Below the pieces are notes generated by a model that ran no database searches, was not told the origin of the DNA, and saw only the letters and a program-made list of their open reading frames with translations. Positions 27,911 to 28,328 of a stretch of 28,328 bases of DNA are shown here, piece after piece (position 1 is the first letter of the stretch; each line of letters starts with the position of its first letter). The translations under genes and the position numbers were made by a program. This DNA comes from Ignisphaera sp. (GTDB lineage Archaea; Thermoproteota; Thermoprotei_A; Sulfolobales; Ignisphaeraceae), in the NCBI GenBank assembly GCA_038889075.1, contig JAWAHS010000018.1, positions 1 to 28,328 of the forward strand, written 5' to 3'.

Positions 27911-28328
27911 ATGTCTGAAGAATTTGTTAATGCTATTATTGAACTTAATGAGGCTAGAGCTTTGGAGTTGGCTAGAAGGAGGTTGGAAGCTGGTGAGGAT
28001 CCTATGAAAATTTTGGATGATCTTAGGAGGGCTGCTGAGGTTATTGGTTCTAAGTTTGAAGCTGGTGAGTATTTTATAGCAGATCTCGTTATGGCTGGAG
28101 AGATACTTAAGGCTGTATCCGATATTGCTAGAGAGAAGCTTAGATCTCTAGGAAGATCTAGGGAGGTTGTTGGTAGGCTGCTTATTGGTACTGTTGAGGG
28201 TGATATTCATGATATTGGTAAGAATATTGTTGTTACTATGGCTGAGGCTGCTGGTTTTGAGGTTATAGATCTCGGTGTTGATGTACCTCCACAGAAGTTT
28301 GTAGAGGCTATAAAGCAGTACAGCCCCG
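27911..28328 (+). CDS. Corrinoid (B12-binding) methyl-carrier protein, MtbC/MttC/MetH-cap-like; 3'-truncated by window and absent from ORF track
   Basis: MSEEFVNAIIEL...IGSKFEAGEYFIADLVMAGE cap domain, then GTVEGDIHDIGKNIV (DxHxxG) and GFEVIDLGVDVPP. Confidence 0.93.
   Translation, partial: MSEEFVNAIIELNEARALELARRRLEAGEDPMKILDDLRRAAEVIGSKFEAGEYFIADLVMAGEILKAVSDIAREKLRSLGRSREVVGRLLIGTVEGDIHDIGKNIVVTMAEAAGFEVIDLGVDVPPQKFVEAIKQYSP

Noticed and set aside
27604-28007. ORFs 27604..27855 (-) and 27705..28007 (+); an IDLHK word resembling an IS110 N-terminus
   Set aside because: The plus ORF overlaps the corrinoid gene in another frame; the IDLHK word is flanked by stops with no further transposase motifs.
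1-28328. CRISPR arrays, tRNA, rRNA, integrase or intact transposase
   Set aside because: No regularly spaced repeats, no GC-rich cloverleaf or rRNA-like tract, and no such ORF seen by eye.

Overview
Archaeal chromosomal window, most likely a hyperthermophilic Thermoproteota/Desulfurococcales-type genome (inferred from GGTG-type ribosome-binding sites, BRE/TATA promoters, AGA/AGG/ATA codon usage and crenarchaeal gene families). Left to right: the 3' end of an nfeD-like gene; an AT-rich surface-glycosylation island (rmlA, an atypical SDR, rmlD, rmlC, three intact glycosyltransferases, two decayed ones); a run of pseudogenes (internally deleted crenarchaeal ATPase, HAD hydrolase) and a tnpB 3'-tail/omegaRNA-like remnant; an HTH/Zn-ribbon regulator divergent from a five-gene SPFH + Zn-ribbon membrane cluster resembling a PspA-less ydjG/ydjI system; a HEPN-MNT pair; an Ldh_2 dehydrogenase, a methyltransferase, an MTH1187 protein and a PfkB kinase; an AfuABC/FbpABC-like ABC transporter; and the 5' part of a corrinoid methyl-carrier protein. 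The two best leads are (i) the SPFH/Zn-ribbon cluster with a palindrome between divergent promoters and (ii) apparent ATA (AUA) initiation of both the ABC permease and ATPase. No tRNA, rRNA or CRISPR array was seen. All family calls come from reading motifs, not from database searches.
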